Position numbers and translations under genes: made by a program. A DNA stretch of 63,969 bases, filler included, from Licmophora abbreviata (taxonomy: Eukaryota), in assembly GCA_900291995.1 (NCBI GenBank). It is 7 parts of 7 records of this genome, joined end to end, with 100 filler letters (N's around TTAATTAATTAA, not from the genome) between each part and the next. Parts side by side here need not be neighbours in the genome. Positions count along the whole stretch, not along the records: positions 36,371 to 58,396 come from OLMU01001377.1; positions 58,497 to 61,417 come from OLMU01001379.1; 5 more parts are not named here. The stretch is one strand, 5' to 3'. A model generated the notes under the pieces. It was not told the origin of the DNA. It worked only from the letters and a program-made list of their open reading frames with translations, and searched no databases. Shown here piece by piece: positions 47,729 through 58,606 of the stretch (its first letter is position 1; every line of letters begins with the position of its first letter).

Positions 47729-48537
47729 TCTACTCAGAGCTGCCTATTTTCTTCTTTGTAAGGACCACTCCAAATGCTAATGACGCCACAATTTCCTCTT
47801 TGCGCAACACAAAGGCACTCAACATTCTGCGACACTGCAGATCAGGGCTAGTCACGTCGATTAAACGTCCGGAATGCCACAGAAGAAGCTCCAAACGTAG
47901 AGTAGATGGCGAGGAAAGGGCGCCAATAGAGCACTTTCCCGGTTGAGAATGATTGAAGACGGATTTCGCGATCCATCGGCTTCAATCAGTCCTGCCTGTG
48001 GAGTGTACTGCACCTTGCGTATGTACCTATCGTACTAGAGTTCGCGTAGTGCCCAAGATCAAAAGATTTGCGTCAAGTTGGGAATCGCGCGCTCGATCGC
48101 GCGTCATTGTATCCGACATCGCTTATGTCTTGTGACAGATAAGGTATTTTCTACTTATAAACAAGAAATGACGTTCTTGCATTACTGTAGTATAGATAGA
48201 TGCATTCTGCTTAATAGTGTAATTTAATCTCCTTCACTTTCTTGTCATCATTATCTGATACGTCTCACCAAGGTAGCATTCTAGGACTGAAATGTGGTAC
48301 AAAAGTCTCGTACAAACTTGCGCAGACACCCGCAAAATGCAAGATCGTGGGGAAACGGGAAATGTCTGGAGCAGAAGTGACTGGGGTGTGGAAACACCAC
48401 ACGCACAAGTGCAGAACAGCCACACTTGGTTGGTCTCGATGCCTTCTCAGCTCCAGAAAGCTTGCTCTTGTTGCAGCAATCATCATCACCACCACAGTAG
48501 CTCGTTCGAGTCCTTACATGGTTCTTGCTGAATAATA

Positions 48538-49686
48538 ATGGACGTTGCATTTCTCGAGAATGCATCGGCCGGGTTCGAAGATATTCGCGACAATGGCTCA
48601 GCAGCTTCTCTCAATTTTCATCCTGCAACTGTCGGACGAGCTGAACGCGTGAGCTCGGTCGTCTACAATCCAGTTACTGGCGAAACAAGAGACGTTCCTA
48701 ACATAGTCTACGAAAGGCATGCGGATGGAAGCCCGCCGATCAGAGCATACTGGATAGGACGCAAAGTTCGGAAGTGTATCTTTGGTGTTGTAAAGTCTTG
48801 CACCGTGTTGAAGTTTCGGAACGCGCTCGACGCCCCTTGGGAAGTTACTGAACAACGAGCGGCAGTCAAGATCATGTCCTGGGAGAAGATACGAACGATT
48901 CGTCATTTGGAAAATCCAGAGGATGAGGTGGCAGCGATGCAACACTGTAATCAATTTGGATCTCATCCGCATGTCATCGGTGTTTTTGACGTTTTGAAGG
49001 ACGATGATTATCTCTTCTTGTTCACTCCATTTTGCCAATCGGGTGATCTCTTTGCGTTCGTACAGCATTCGCGCCATTTTTCAGAGTCCACGGCTAGATA
49101 CTACTTTCGACAGATCCTCGATGGCGTGAGTCACTTGCAGCGAATGGGTATCTGCCACCGGGACTTGTCACTGGAGAACATCCTGCTCGACGACCGGTTG
49201 TCGATCATTATTGATTTTGGCATGTGTTTGCGGGTCCCCTTCAAATCAGACCATGGCGGCTTGGCAGATGTATCGGGCGGAAACTTGAGACTTTTGATGC
49301 ATCCAATGGATCCATGCGGTAAGCCCAACTACATTTCTCCAGAGGTATTGAAGAGCGAAGAGCCATTCGATGGCTTTGCCGTTGACCTTTGGGCTGTAGG
49401 AGTGATCTTGTTCATCATGCTGACTGGGATGCCTCCTTGGGAGTTTGCGAAACGTGATGATCCGCGATACACAATGGTACAGCGGGGTGAACTCCAGAAG
49501 ATGATACACAGCTGGGGAATGCAAGTCAGCAATGAAGCCTGCGATCTGTTGCAGAAAATGCTAATGGAAGACCCACGGCATCGGCCGTCGCTACTGCAGA
49601 TCAGGGACCATCCATGGGTGATGGCTGAGGATGCGCCGGGCATGGCAGTGCCGCCCGAGCGTCAAATGGAGGGATGGCGGAATTAA
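48538..49686 (+). CDS. Ser/Thr protein kinase (CAMK-group-like)
   Basis: AVK, HRDLSLEN, DFG, CGKPNYISPE, DLWAVG. Confidence 0.92.
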   Translation: MDVAFLENASAGFEDIRDNGSAASLNFHPATVGRAERVSSVVYNPVTGETRDVPNIVYERHADGSPPIRAYWIGRKVRKCIFGVVKSCTVLKFRNALDAPWEVTEQRAAVKIMSWEKIRTIRHLENPEDEVAAMQHCNQFGSHPHVIGVFDVLKDDDYLFLFTPFCQSGDLFAFVQHSRHFSESTARYYFRQILDGVSHLQRMGICHRDLSLENILLDDRLSIIIDFGMCLRVPFKSDHGGLADVSGGNLRLLMHPMDPCGKPNYISPEVLKSEEPFDGFAVDLWAVGVILFIMLTGMPPWEFAKRDDPRYTMVQRGELQKMIHSWGMQVSNEACDLLQKMLMEDPRHRPSLLQIRDHPWVMAEDAPGMAVPPERQMEGWRN

Positions 49687-50091
49687 AGATAGTGTGGAGT
49701 TTTGTTAGTAGCATGGTTTTAAAACGTTCTACGTAGAGTTTCCGGAGGCCAATGGCTAGGTCGATCAGGTCTCTGAACCATGACAGTATTACTCTAATGA
49801 TTAGCGCCTTCATCAACGACAATCATATACCGTCCATAGTGTCGAGGCACAGGTCGACATCGACATGTCGTCATCTCGCGCCCGCAAATCAATAACCTCA
49901 AACCCACTGTGTGTGTAAGCGTGTTCGCGACTTTCGCTTCTTCCGACACGCGTGTGACGCGCGTGATGATCTCTCTCTCTCGTCGCGTCGTCGCGCTTAA
50001 CGTTCGCTATGTTCATGTCAGCGCCGTCGTCGTAGTCTTCACTCGTCATTAAGTCGTTCCTCTTTAGCGCCAGGAACATTTAGAATAAACG

Positions 50092-52671
50092 ATGGTGTTC
50101 GAATCTCTCTTCAAACAGTCATCAAAAAAGAGAAAAGATCCAGGGAACGATGCAACAGAACATTCCTCCCCTAAATCAACCGACGCTTATCACCCGTCTC
50201 CTGACGGGCTTCCAAAAAAGAAGAAGCGGCGACGCCGAAATAAGCAACGCTCACTTGCGTCTAGCACTGAGCCGTCTGATGAAAAACCTAAAGCACACAG
50301 GAGAGATCCCTCAAGGAAAGGCCAGTCTGGGAACCGAAGGCGAGGTCCACCTTCTGAGGCCGCTCTAGCCCTGTCTGCCACACTGAAAGATTGCTCTTCG
50401 CAGAAGAGACTCAGCGATGCTTTGAGAATATACTGGGATAAAAGGAACGACGGGGTTCGTGATGGGCATCATGCATGTATAGTTATTGACTGCTGTGCAC
50501 GATGTGGGGCGATTCAGGTACGACGACTTGGGGAGTCTCAATTCTGTTGGGGCAGAAATAATATGGAGTCGGAACACCTTGGCGACTCAATCACACGCAT
50601 GTTTCATTCAATCTCTTACACTAGGAAGGTGAAAAGATCGTTGATGCGTTGAAACGCTCAGGAGAACATGTGAGCGTTGCAACAAAAACTGCGCTTCTAA
50701 AAGGCTATGCTCATTCCGGAAAGATGAGCCAGGCCGCCACATTGTTTAGGGAAATGTGTCAAGCCAAAGGTATGACAAGCATACTTGCAGCCTTCTAAGT
50801 CGCCTACTTCAAACCATAGCTATCCTTCCTCACACCGCATTGATCATTTTTTAGACAAACGAGATCTTCCTAATGTTCGTACGCTGAACACTATCCTTCG
50901 CGGGTGTTTGTGGACCGCGTCAACGCCGGTGGATGACGCTGCGTCTGCACGACCGCTCATTGCTGGCGGGATCGTATCAAGCAAAGAGGCTTGGAACCTG
51001 AGTCATCGCACAGTTCAGAAGCGACAGGCTGCCAGTCTTGCGCCTGATTTGTCGTCGTATGAATACTACATAGCACAGTTGTGCTACGCTCTGCGGGTGA
51101 ACGAAGCAAGGGAAGTGATAGGCCAAATGAAACAACGATTCGGTCTCACCGATGACGACGCTCTCGCCCATGCGGATCCTAGCTCTGTGGAAACTCTCTC
51201 AGTTGTCATGGTTGCCCTTGCTAGGTCTTATGCGATGCTTGGGAAAGGACATCACGCAGCGAAATCAGCCCGATTTGTGCTGAAAGTTGTAGATTTGGCC
51301 CAACGCCGAAAGCAAACTCATTCTGCAAATTCGACTGCAGCTGGCGGTATGTAGTACAGACAGCGTTGTGCTCGTTATGAGAGCTTGCCTCTAATTGGGC
51401 GTTCTCTTGGTCATCCTATAGGAAAGCGTGCCTGGAGACGAGATGGAACAAGCGGACAAGGGAGAGCGACACAATCGAGACGTGACACCTCGAACACTAT
51501 CTTTCGTGGTCATCGTCTGATGGAGGTTGAGAGGGAAGCAAAATGCATTCTACAACTCTGCACGACCGAGGGCGCCGCTTTTATGCAACCGAAGGAACTC
51601 GCTGCCCTCCTCGTCACGCGTCTTCTCTATCTGTCGGGCGGTGGAACAACGACGTTATCCTCCGCCCATGCCCGTACTACCACAGCGAGTGATGAGCTTC
51701 TCTTGCTCAAGCACAACGCCTCCGCGCTCTGGTATAGTTTTGGACTTGCGGGGGTGTCGCATGAGAGCTCTCCGACGTTGTGCTCACAGACGATAGAGGA
51801 TGGAGACTATTTGGCTCTCGACACAACTGTCAAAAAGTCGTCCATGTCCGCTGAACTCGATCATCTTATCAGCGTGCGCAAGACATTAGAGCTACCCATA
51901 TCCTCAAACGCTATGTCCAGCCTCCCGTTTGGAACTGACGAGCGACCACTGCATATAGAACTCGGTTCTGGATCTGGTGATTGGATCGTCAACCAAGCCT
52001 TTTTGAATCCTGGTGGCGACTACGTGGCTGTTGAACTACGCTCCGATAGATGTGCCCAAACATTCGCCAAGGCCATGCTGCACCGAAGTAGTGCCGCTCT
52101 CAGGAATGTATACTGTGTTGCCTCGGACTGTCGACTGTTTTTAGAAGAGTGCTTGAAAGACCGGCCCGTCTCGATGATATTTGTGAATCACCCAGAACCG
52201 CCGACGCAGACATTTGGATCGAATGACTCAGTGCTTAATAGTATCGCTCGAGGCGGCGTCGAACCTGCTCATATGCTAGCGTCGGATACACTTCGTTCGG
52301 CGCTCAATCGCCTTGCGCCACAAGGCCAGCTTGTCATCGTGTCAGACAATCTGTGGTATGCTCGTCTGATTGGCGTTTCCATAGAGAAAGCGCTCAGATA
52401 TGGAGAAACGTCTCATTTTTCTTCCGTCACGAATCTTGGACCGAAATACCGACAGATCGAGAGGTTCGAAATCGGGCGAGGAAAGCAGACATCTGCAAAA
52501 CACGCGTCCGTCGCGCTTTTCGAAGGCCAGCCAAGTGCTGTGATTGGTCATCGGGCTGCTACGGGTGAAGCGGACTCGGGTACGAGCTACTTTGATCGAC
52601 TCTGGAGATCGGGGGCCGGAACCCACGCACAACGAAAAGCTCGCTTCATTATTGTGGTGCGGCGCACGTAG
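50092..52671 (+). CDS. PPR-repeat protein with a C-terminal TrmB-like tRNA (guanine-N7) methyltransferase (PPR-TGM), 4 exons
   Basis: Introns 50518..50624, 50770..50854 and 51347..51421 join in frame. PPR motifs IVIDCCARCG, TALLKGYAHSGKMSQAATLFREM, PNVRTLNTILRGC, PDLSSYEYYIAQLC. TrmB-like IELGSGSGDWI, VAVE, VNHPEPP, IVSDNLWY. Confidence 0.85.
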
Positions 52672-52680
52672 CAGTTATAG

Positions 52681-52720
52681 AATCGCGGCGAACAAGGTAG
52701 AATCGCGGCGAACAAGGTAG
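52681..52720. repeat. Perfect 20-bp tandem duplication (aatcgcggcgaacaaggtag x2)
   Basis: Read directly; lies between two convergent stop codons. Confidence 0.9.
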
Positions 52721-52728
52721 CATGGAGA

Positions 52729-54360
52729 TTAATCCTGACCGCTGGGCTCATCTCTTGGTCCCATTTTTTCATCGTACAGGTCGTTCAGATATATTTGCTT
52801 TAATTCGCTTGCAACAATGGACATGCGCTCTTGGTATTCCAGACAGCCGTGATTTCTCGCGAGATCCTCATCTCCGCAGCATACCTTGTTCATACTCATA
52901 CAGGCAATTCCAATGTTTTTGTGAACCGCAACGCCTTTCTTTACAATGTACATAGCAATGCCGTCGGGCGGCCCTTTGTACGATACCTGCAAGTTGCCAT
53001 TCCTTTTTAGTTTTATCTTCATTCCGACGTGGTGGTAAAGCCTCGTCGTGCACAAAAGAATTTCGCAAGGGGTCTCCATACCACCAGGCATGAGCGTAAC
53101 TACATCTCCGTAGTTGGCAACACGAAGACTTCGAAGCTTGCCTTCCTTCTCGAGCGCCTATGTAGCAAGCAATAGCATATCGGCGTGAGTTTTAACGAGT
53201 TCGAACGCTTCCCCGTGAGCGGGCACATGAATGAAATCTAGTGGTCGTACATGAAAAGAATTGCGAAAGTTCATATTGCCGGCTCTCGGCGAAGCAAAAC
53301 TAACACAAGAGACGGGCTTGCTTATGCGAGAGTCCGTCGAAGCGGCGGCTTCAAACGCAAACAGCGTGGCCAAAGCCCCGCCGAGAGAATGCCCAGTTGC
53401 ATACAGACGAAAGCCAGAATTCTCTTCCATCAAGTCAGCAACCTCTTCGAGAATCCTTTGACAGATGGTAGGTTCAATTTTCTCCGACGACTGTTTCTTA
53501 TTGAAGGCCGGGGTACCTTTCGGCTTCTTCCGTTTGTGGCCGTACAGGTAGTCTGATGGATGACGTGTGCATGCGAGAGACAGTTTTAGAATCCGCTCGA
53601 GAAATTTCCCAAACAGGATGCCCTAGTTTCATACAAGATGCGACGCAACATACCTGCGAATCCCTGGTGGATGCCCACATTCGCAGGTAAGTTGGGACGG
53701 CGGCCCTCAGTTCTCGCTGGATTCGGAACGGTTTCAACAAATGTCTTTGCGTCGGTCACAAAGTCCTTGGCCGTGACTGACCCGCGGAAGCCAACCACAA
53801 TTTTCTGATCATAGCTGCTGACAAGCACCGCGTGCACCATGTCACCGGTCGCATCATCATCGTCGAATTTCACCACAATCATAGACTCTAGCTTCCTAGC
53901 GGCCTCAGGATCCTTCTGTATCGCTTCCATGTTGCTTTCCAGTACAGTGACATACAAAGAGACACTGTCCGGGGATAAGTTTTCGTTGAGAACATCAATG
54001 TTATCAAATACGATTTCCATGACATCCATGGCCTTGACGGGAAGATTCATCAGCATCCCCCCACTCGAGCCTTTCAGTTTGCCTTCTCTAGCCAGGATTC
54101 GGATTTCGGACATGGCGTACAGCAACGTCGATACTAGACGCAAAGTAAAGAAACATACGATGAGGAAGTTAGACCAAGGTCCGCGTACAGGCACGATCAC
54201 AGTGCAAATATATACTTCGTGTAGCCTTACTGTCGAACAAAACTCGAGTCTCGTCGTGCAGATTCGGCCAAGAGTCCTTCATGCCGAACTCGAGCTCGAC
54301 TTTTGCACTTGGCTCTACATTATCTTCTTTCGTGGTAGCTTTAGGCTCATCAGAATCCAT
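52729..54360 (-). CDS. Class 3 (fungal-type) lipase, multi-exon
   Basis: IVVGFRGS, GIHQGF, TGHSLGGALA (GxSxG), FASPRAGN, YHHVG. Several GT-AG introns. Confidence 0.88.
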
Positions 54361-54675
54361 TGTTCTTCTGTTCGACCCTCGTCTGGGTCAGGGGCTGTAG
54401 AAGCCGAATTTAGTCAAGGCAACAACCGGGGAGCGACATCCCAATCTGTCCGCGCCGCTCGACAGAAAAACGCGACGTGAAAAAGAAGGACGCAAAAAAA
54501 GATGATCGCGCGCTCTCTGCGTGTGAGCCTGGTCACCAGTCCTGTCCTTCACCCGCTTGCCTCACGTCCACCCAAATCCCATCTTGTGGGTCGTTTTCAA
54601 CAACATCTCGGGTCGAAGAGGCGGCTCAGTTAGTTGATCGAAGGGTTCTCCTAGTATTCATCGTTGTTTCGTATC

Positions 54676-56667
54676 ATGGCGTCGCGAAAGGCCTCACAGG
54701 GATCCAAAAAGGCAAAGCGGATACAGTCGAAGGTGAAAAGATTCGACAAGGCGCCTCCGCGTTCGGCTGGCGGGCAAGAACACTACCCATCCGATTTACA
54801 GGACGAGGACCGAGTGTTCATCATGAGCGTCGAAGAAAAGTGCGATTGGATTGCTGAATTGAGCGAGTCAATATTGGAAAACCCATCCAAGGCATTCGGC
54901 TCGTCGAGAGAGCAGGGAAGCAACGAGAAACTCCCTTCAAAAATTCGGCAGCTGATTGAGCTGGCCGACGTGTCCAAGAACGGGGGAGACGAGTACACAG
55001 CCCGACTGGCACTATTATCGCTACTGGCCTTGTTTCAAGATATTTTGCCATCCTACCGTATTCGTCTACCGACGGCTGCGGAGATGGCAGTACGAGTGGC
55101 CAAGGAAACAAAACAGCTATGGGATTTCGAGCGGGCGCAGTTGAACCAATACCAACAGTACCTAAAGTTATTGGAACGAAGTTGGGAACGAGGAAAGACT
55201 GGATCCGATGGAGAAGGAGCGTTACCATCGCCGTTAGCAGTAACCTCCATGCTGAGTCTTTGTGAGCTTCTCAAATCGGTTCCTCATTTCAACTTTCGGT
55301 CCAACATATTGGCGCTGGTAGTGCGCCAAATGAACAACAAGACATGCGAAGAAGTTGGGGACGCGTGCTGTTTGGCAGTCGAACACGTTTTCGCAACTGA
55401 TGGGCAAGGCGAGATCGCGCTGGAAGCGGCAAGACTAGTGGCGAAACTTACCAAGGATCGAAACTTTCGAGTGCGACCGGCTGTCCTAAGGACATTTGTG
55501 TCGCTACCTCTGCGTGTCCATGTTGACGAGGCGCAAGCGGCAAAGCTGGCAGCGGCTGCGAACGCCAAGAAGCGGAAACGGAACAGGGAAGAAGCTGAAA
55601 TTGAAAAAGAAATGAAGGAAGGATCGTCTTCTGTTGATAAGATTGTCCTCGCAAGGTGTCAGTCTTCCACTTTGCAGGTTGTAACTTTGACTTACTTTCG
55701 AGTTCTCAAGAGCGAGGATCTCACTACAGATCACATTGCCGAACTCCTGCCCCCGGCGCTGGAGGGACTTGCCAAGTTTGCGCATCTCATCAATATCGAA
55801 ACAGTGAATGATGTGCTGGCGGTACTTAAGACGTTGCTGAAACGAGTGGATGATTTGCCGCTTGATGCATCCCTCAACTGTGTACTGACTGCCTTTCAAA
55901 CGCTGCAAGGGCCAGGCCGAGAACTCAAAATCGACCAGAAAGAGTACATCACACCTTTATACAGTCAACTTCCGAGGTATGTGTGTTCATTTTGTTCTGT
56001 ATCTTCATTTTGTTCTGTATCATCCACTGGTATTGCTCTGTGTGACTCATACGTGCTGTTGTCTCTCTGCAGGTTGTGCACTGAAAGTTGCAGCCGTAAA
56101 CACACTGATCTCGCTCTCAAGTGTCTGGGCTCTGCGTTTCTGAAACGGCGAGAGTATTCCACAATTCGCCTCGCCGCCTTCGTAAAGCAGCTTTGCACCG
56201 TATCTATGCACGCGCAACCACCCACAGCGGTGCCGTTGTTGGCATTTGTCCGACAAGTGATACAGCGCTACCCGTCCGTGCACCAAATGCTCGAAAACGA
56301 ACAAGACGTCATCACATCGGGCAAGTACACGCCAGAGGTGGAGGATCCTGAGCACTCGAACCCGCTTGCAACGTCCGCTTGGGAACTCGCTACGTTGCGC
56401 TTCCACGTGCACCCAGCAGTGTCTAGCCATGCTTCGGGCGCTGCCTCGCAAAAGATGCTCTCTCTACCTGCCGAAACACCAGAACGCATTCGATCGGATA
56501 TGGTGACAGACGCGAACGCAGCGTACATTCCATCGCGAAGAACAAAGAAGAAACACCCTTTGGCACATCGCAATAACGACAGCAAGAAGAAGGGACAGGA
56601 TCGATTTGTGACACCGCGATCTACAGCCAAACTCCATCTGCTCGAGCAATTACAGAAAGTTGACTAG
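54676..56667 (+). CDS. NOC3: Nucleolar complex protein 3 (CBF/Mak21 domain)
   Basis: LFQDILPSYRIR, PHFNFRSNI, LEGLAKFAHLIN, RLAAFVKQL, DPEHSNPLATSAWEL..FHVHP. The in-frame 96-bp intron 55977..56072 is translated by the ORF track but should be spliced. Confidence 0.92.
   Translation: MASRKASQGSKKAKRIQSKVKRFDKAPPRSAGGQEHYPSDLQDEDRVFIMSVEEKCDWIAELSESILENPSKAFGSSREQGSNEKLPSKIRQLIELADVSKNGGDEYTARLALLSLLALFQDILPSYRIRLPTAAEMAVRVAKETKQLWDFERAQLNQYQQYLKLLERSWERGKTGSDGEGALPSPLAVTSMLSLCELLKSVPHFNFRSNILALVVRQMNNKTCEEVGDACCLAVEHVFATDGQGEIALEAARLVAKLTKDRNFRVRPAVLRTFVSLPLRVHVDEAQAAKLAAAANAKKRKRNREEAEIEKEMKEGSSSVDKIVLARCQSSTLQVVTLTYFRVLKSEDLTTDHIAELLPPALEGLAKFAHLINIETVNDVLAVLKTLLKRVDDLPLDASLNCVLTAFQTLQGPGRELKIDQKEYITPLYSQLPRYVCSFCSVSSFCSVSSTGIALCDSYVLLSLCRLCTESCSRKHTDLALKCLGSAFLKRREYSTIRLAAFVKQLCTVSMHAQPPTAVPLLAFVRQVIQRYPSVHQMLENEQDVITSGKYTPEVEDPEHSNPLATSAWELATLRFHVHPAVSSHASGAASQKMLSLPAETPERIRSDMVTDANAAYIPSRRTKKKHPLAHRNNDSKKKGQDRFVTPRSTAKLHLLEQLQKVD
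55986..56021. repeat. Perfect 18-bp tandem duplication (ttcattttgttctgtatc x2) in the NOC3 intron
   Basis: Read directly. Confidence 0.9.
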
Positions 56668-56727
56668 TTCATATTACGGCTGTACATTTGGCCCAGCTGC
56701 GTCTAGACTCACTTTGCTATTGTAGTT

Positions 56728-58396
56728 TCAATCGCCCTTCCCACATATACCACCTGAGTGGTGATGCGTGCGTTCAGCCATGCTCACCAGAGACTGGATG
56801 GTCATGAGCACCGCACTGAGCAGAACAACGCCGCCGATCGAAAAGGCAATGTAGGAGTTTCGTTGGTACCGTTTCATGAGGTAGCCGAGGCCAATCTGGC
56901 CGATGAAGGTGGCAATGAGCCCGATCGTGAGGCATACAAATGCATAGTCCCAGATGAGAAGACCAAAGACGACAAACGACGTTGTCGCAGTAAAGCTTGT
57001 AAAGAGAATCATACAGGCCGAGCTGGCCGATGAGACTTTGGGATGAACACCCATTTGTAGCATGAGGGGCCCCTTGACAATACCACCGCCTACGAAAAAG
57101 AGATGATAGAAAAAGCGAGGAAGTTAGAGCGGTGCGTTGACAGACAATCAAAACGTACTCTTCCGTCGAGTGCACTCCGAGCAAACTACTTACCAATACC
57201 AAACATGCCCGCAAAGAATCCCGCCAAACAGCACACAACTGGATAGACAATCGTCGCGCGCGCATCCCACACGATATCACCCTCCACGTAGTGATATCCC
57301 ACCTTTTCCTTTGTGGCACATCGGCGCACGAGATAGAGTCGGGCAAAGAAACTAATGACAAAAATCCATCCCAGCATGAGCCCATTGGCAATCCAAAACG
57401 ACGTGCTTCCACAGCGGATGCCGAGCGGCGATGGAAACGCGCCACCTCCCTTCATAATGTTGATGCAGAGTACGACGATGAACATGGTGACCAATATCAT
57501 GATGTTGAGCATGGGCGTGACGCTTTCTTCGTCCAAGATTTCCTGAAGTTCACGCGAGAGACTCAGGTCGACATCTTCCATGCCGTCACCCGGGTTCTCA
57601 CCCTCTTGGAGTTCCATATTTTGCAGCAGCGTATTCTCTGCTTCATCATCTTCTTCGTCTTCTTGCTGACTGACCATTCGCGTTAGTTCACTCTCCTTCT
57701 TAATACTGCCATCATTCAAGCTGCCGCTAGTATTGGCGCGCATGGCTCGCGTTTCCATCTTGTACATGCGAGTCGCCTTCGTGAGAGACTTGTAGGCAGT
57801 AAAGGAAAGAAGCGCCACCAACATGATGACGAGAAGCTGTTCAGGAAGAAGCTTGTTGAGAAAGGCTCCAATCAAGGCACCGCCGATGGTGAGAGGCTCC
57901 ATGACCAAGATTAGATCCCAGTCGACCAAGGGACGGTCTGCGAGAGGATGTCGTTTGCGTGCATTCAATATAGTGTTGGCAATGGCACCGCCCAAGACAG
58001 TCACATTACTCAATGGAATGGCGTGCTTGGGACTGAATCCCATGATGAGAATGTAAATGGGAACAAGTCTGCGGTGCGAAAAAGCGAAGGGCGATTTGTG
58101 TGAGAGAGGTGGGGGGGGGGGGCAACGAAGAACGACAAGCTTATCCTTTTTGCACGACTTGTTCCATCATTACGCACATTCCACCCCCGCCAATTCCGCC
58201 TCCTGCAGCAATCATGAGTCCCAATATGGCACAGACAAATCCGATGCGATCACTGGTCGTCAGAGGGAGAAGAGGTGCATGCTCTTCGTCCAATGCGCCA
58301 AGGAAGCGAGTGAGCGAAGCCGATACAAAGGACGATGACGACGACGAATCAGCGAGCTGTGTCTCGACCCGAAGGGTCTCTTCACGAGAAGCTATA
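56728..58396 (-). CDS. TauE/SafE (TSUP) family membrane transporter, 5'-truncated by gap
   Basis: AAGGGIGGGG, GFSPKHAIPLSN, RPLVDWDLILVMEP, GMFGIGGG, SASSACMILFTS; multiple TM segments; two introns visible. Confidence 0.88.
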
Positions 58397-58496
58397 NNNN
58401 NNNNNNNNNNNNNNNNNNNNNNNNNNNNNNNNNNNNNNNNTTAATTAATTAANNNNNNNNNNNNNNNNNNNNNNNNNNNNNNNNNNNNNNNNNNNN
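58397..58496. other. Artificial contig-joining linker
   Basis: N44-TTAATTAATTAA-N44. Confidence 0.98.
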
Positions 58497-58606
58497 AGGT
58501 TCCTTTTCTGGAACTCGGCTAGCTCATAACCTCTAGTAACATAAACACAGAGCGGCGACGATGGCGTCAAACGAAGCGCTGGTGAACCTCTCTCTTCCTT
58601 ACCACC

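Noticed and set aside
47729..48537. Longer intergenic region with an AT-rich patch, as a possible ncRNA or mobile element
   Set aside because: No tRNA/snRNA motifs, terminal repeats or transposase remnants recognised; consistent with a divergent promoter and 5' UTR.
35862..52671. WDR4/Trm82 and the TrmB-like PPR gene as an m7G gene cluster
   Set aside because: They are 13 kb apart with seven unrelated genes between them. WDR4 partners METTL1/Trm8, not bacterial-type TrmB, so this is likely coincidence.
58111..58122. Poly-G run as a G-quadruplex or regulatory element
   Set aside because: A single homopolymer in a TauE intron (a pyrimidine tract on the coding strand); its length is unreliable in this assembly.
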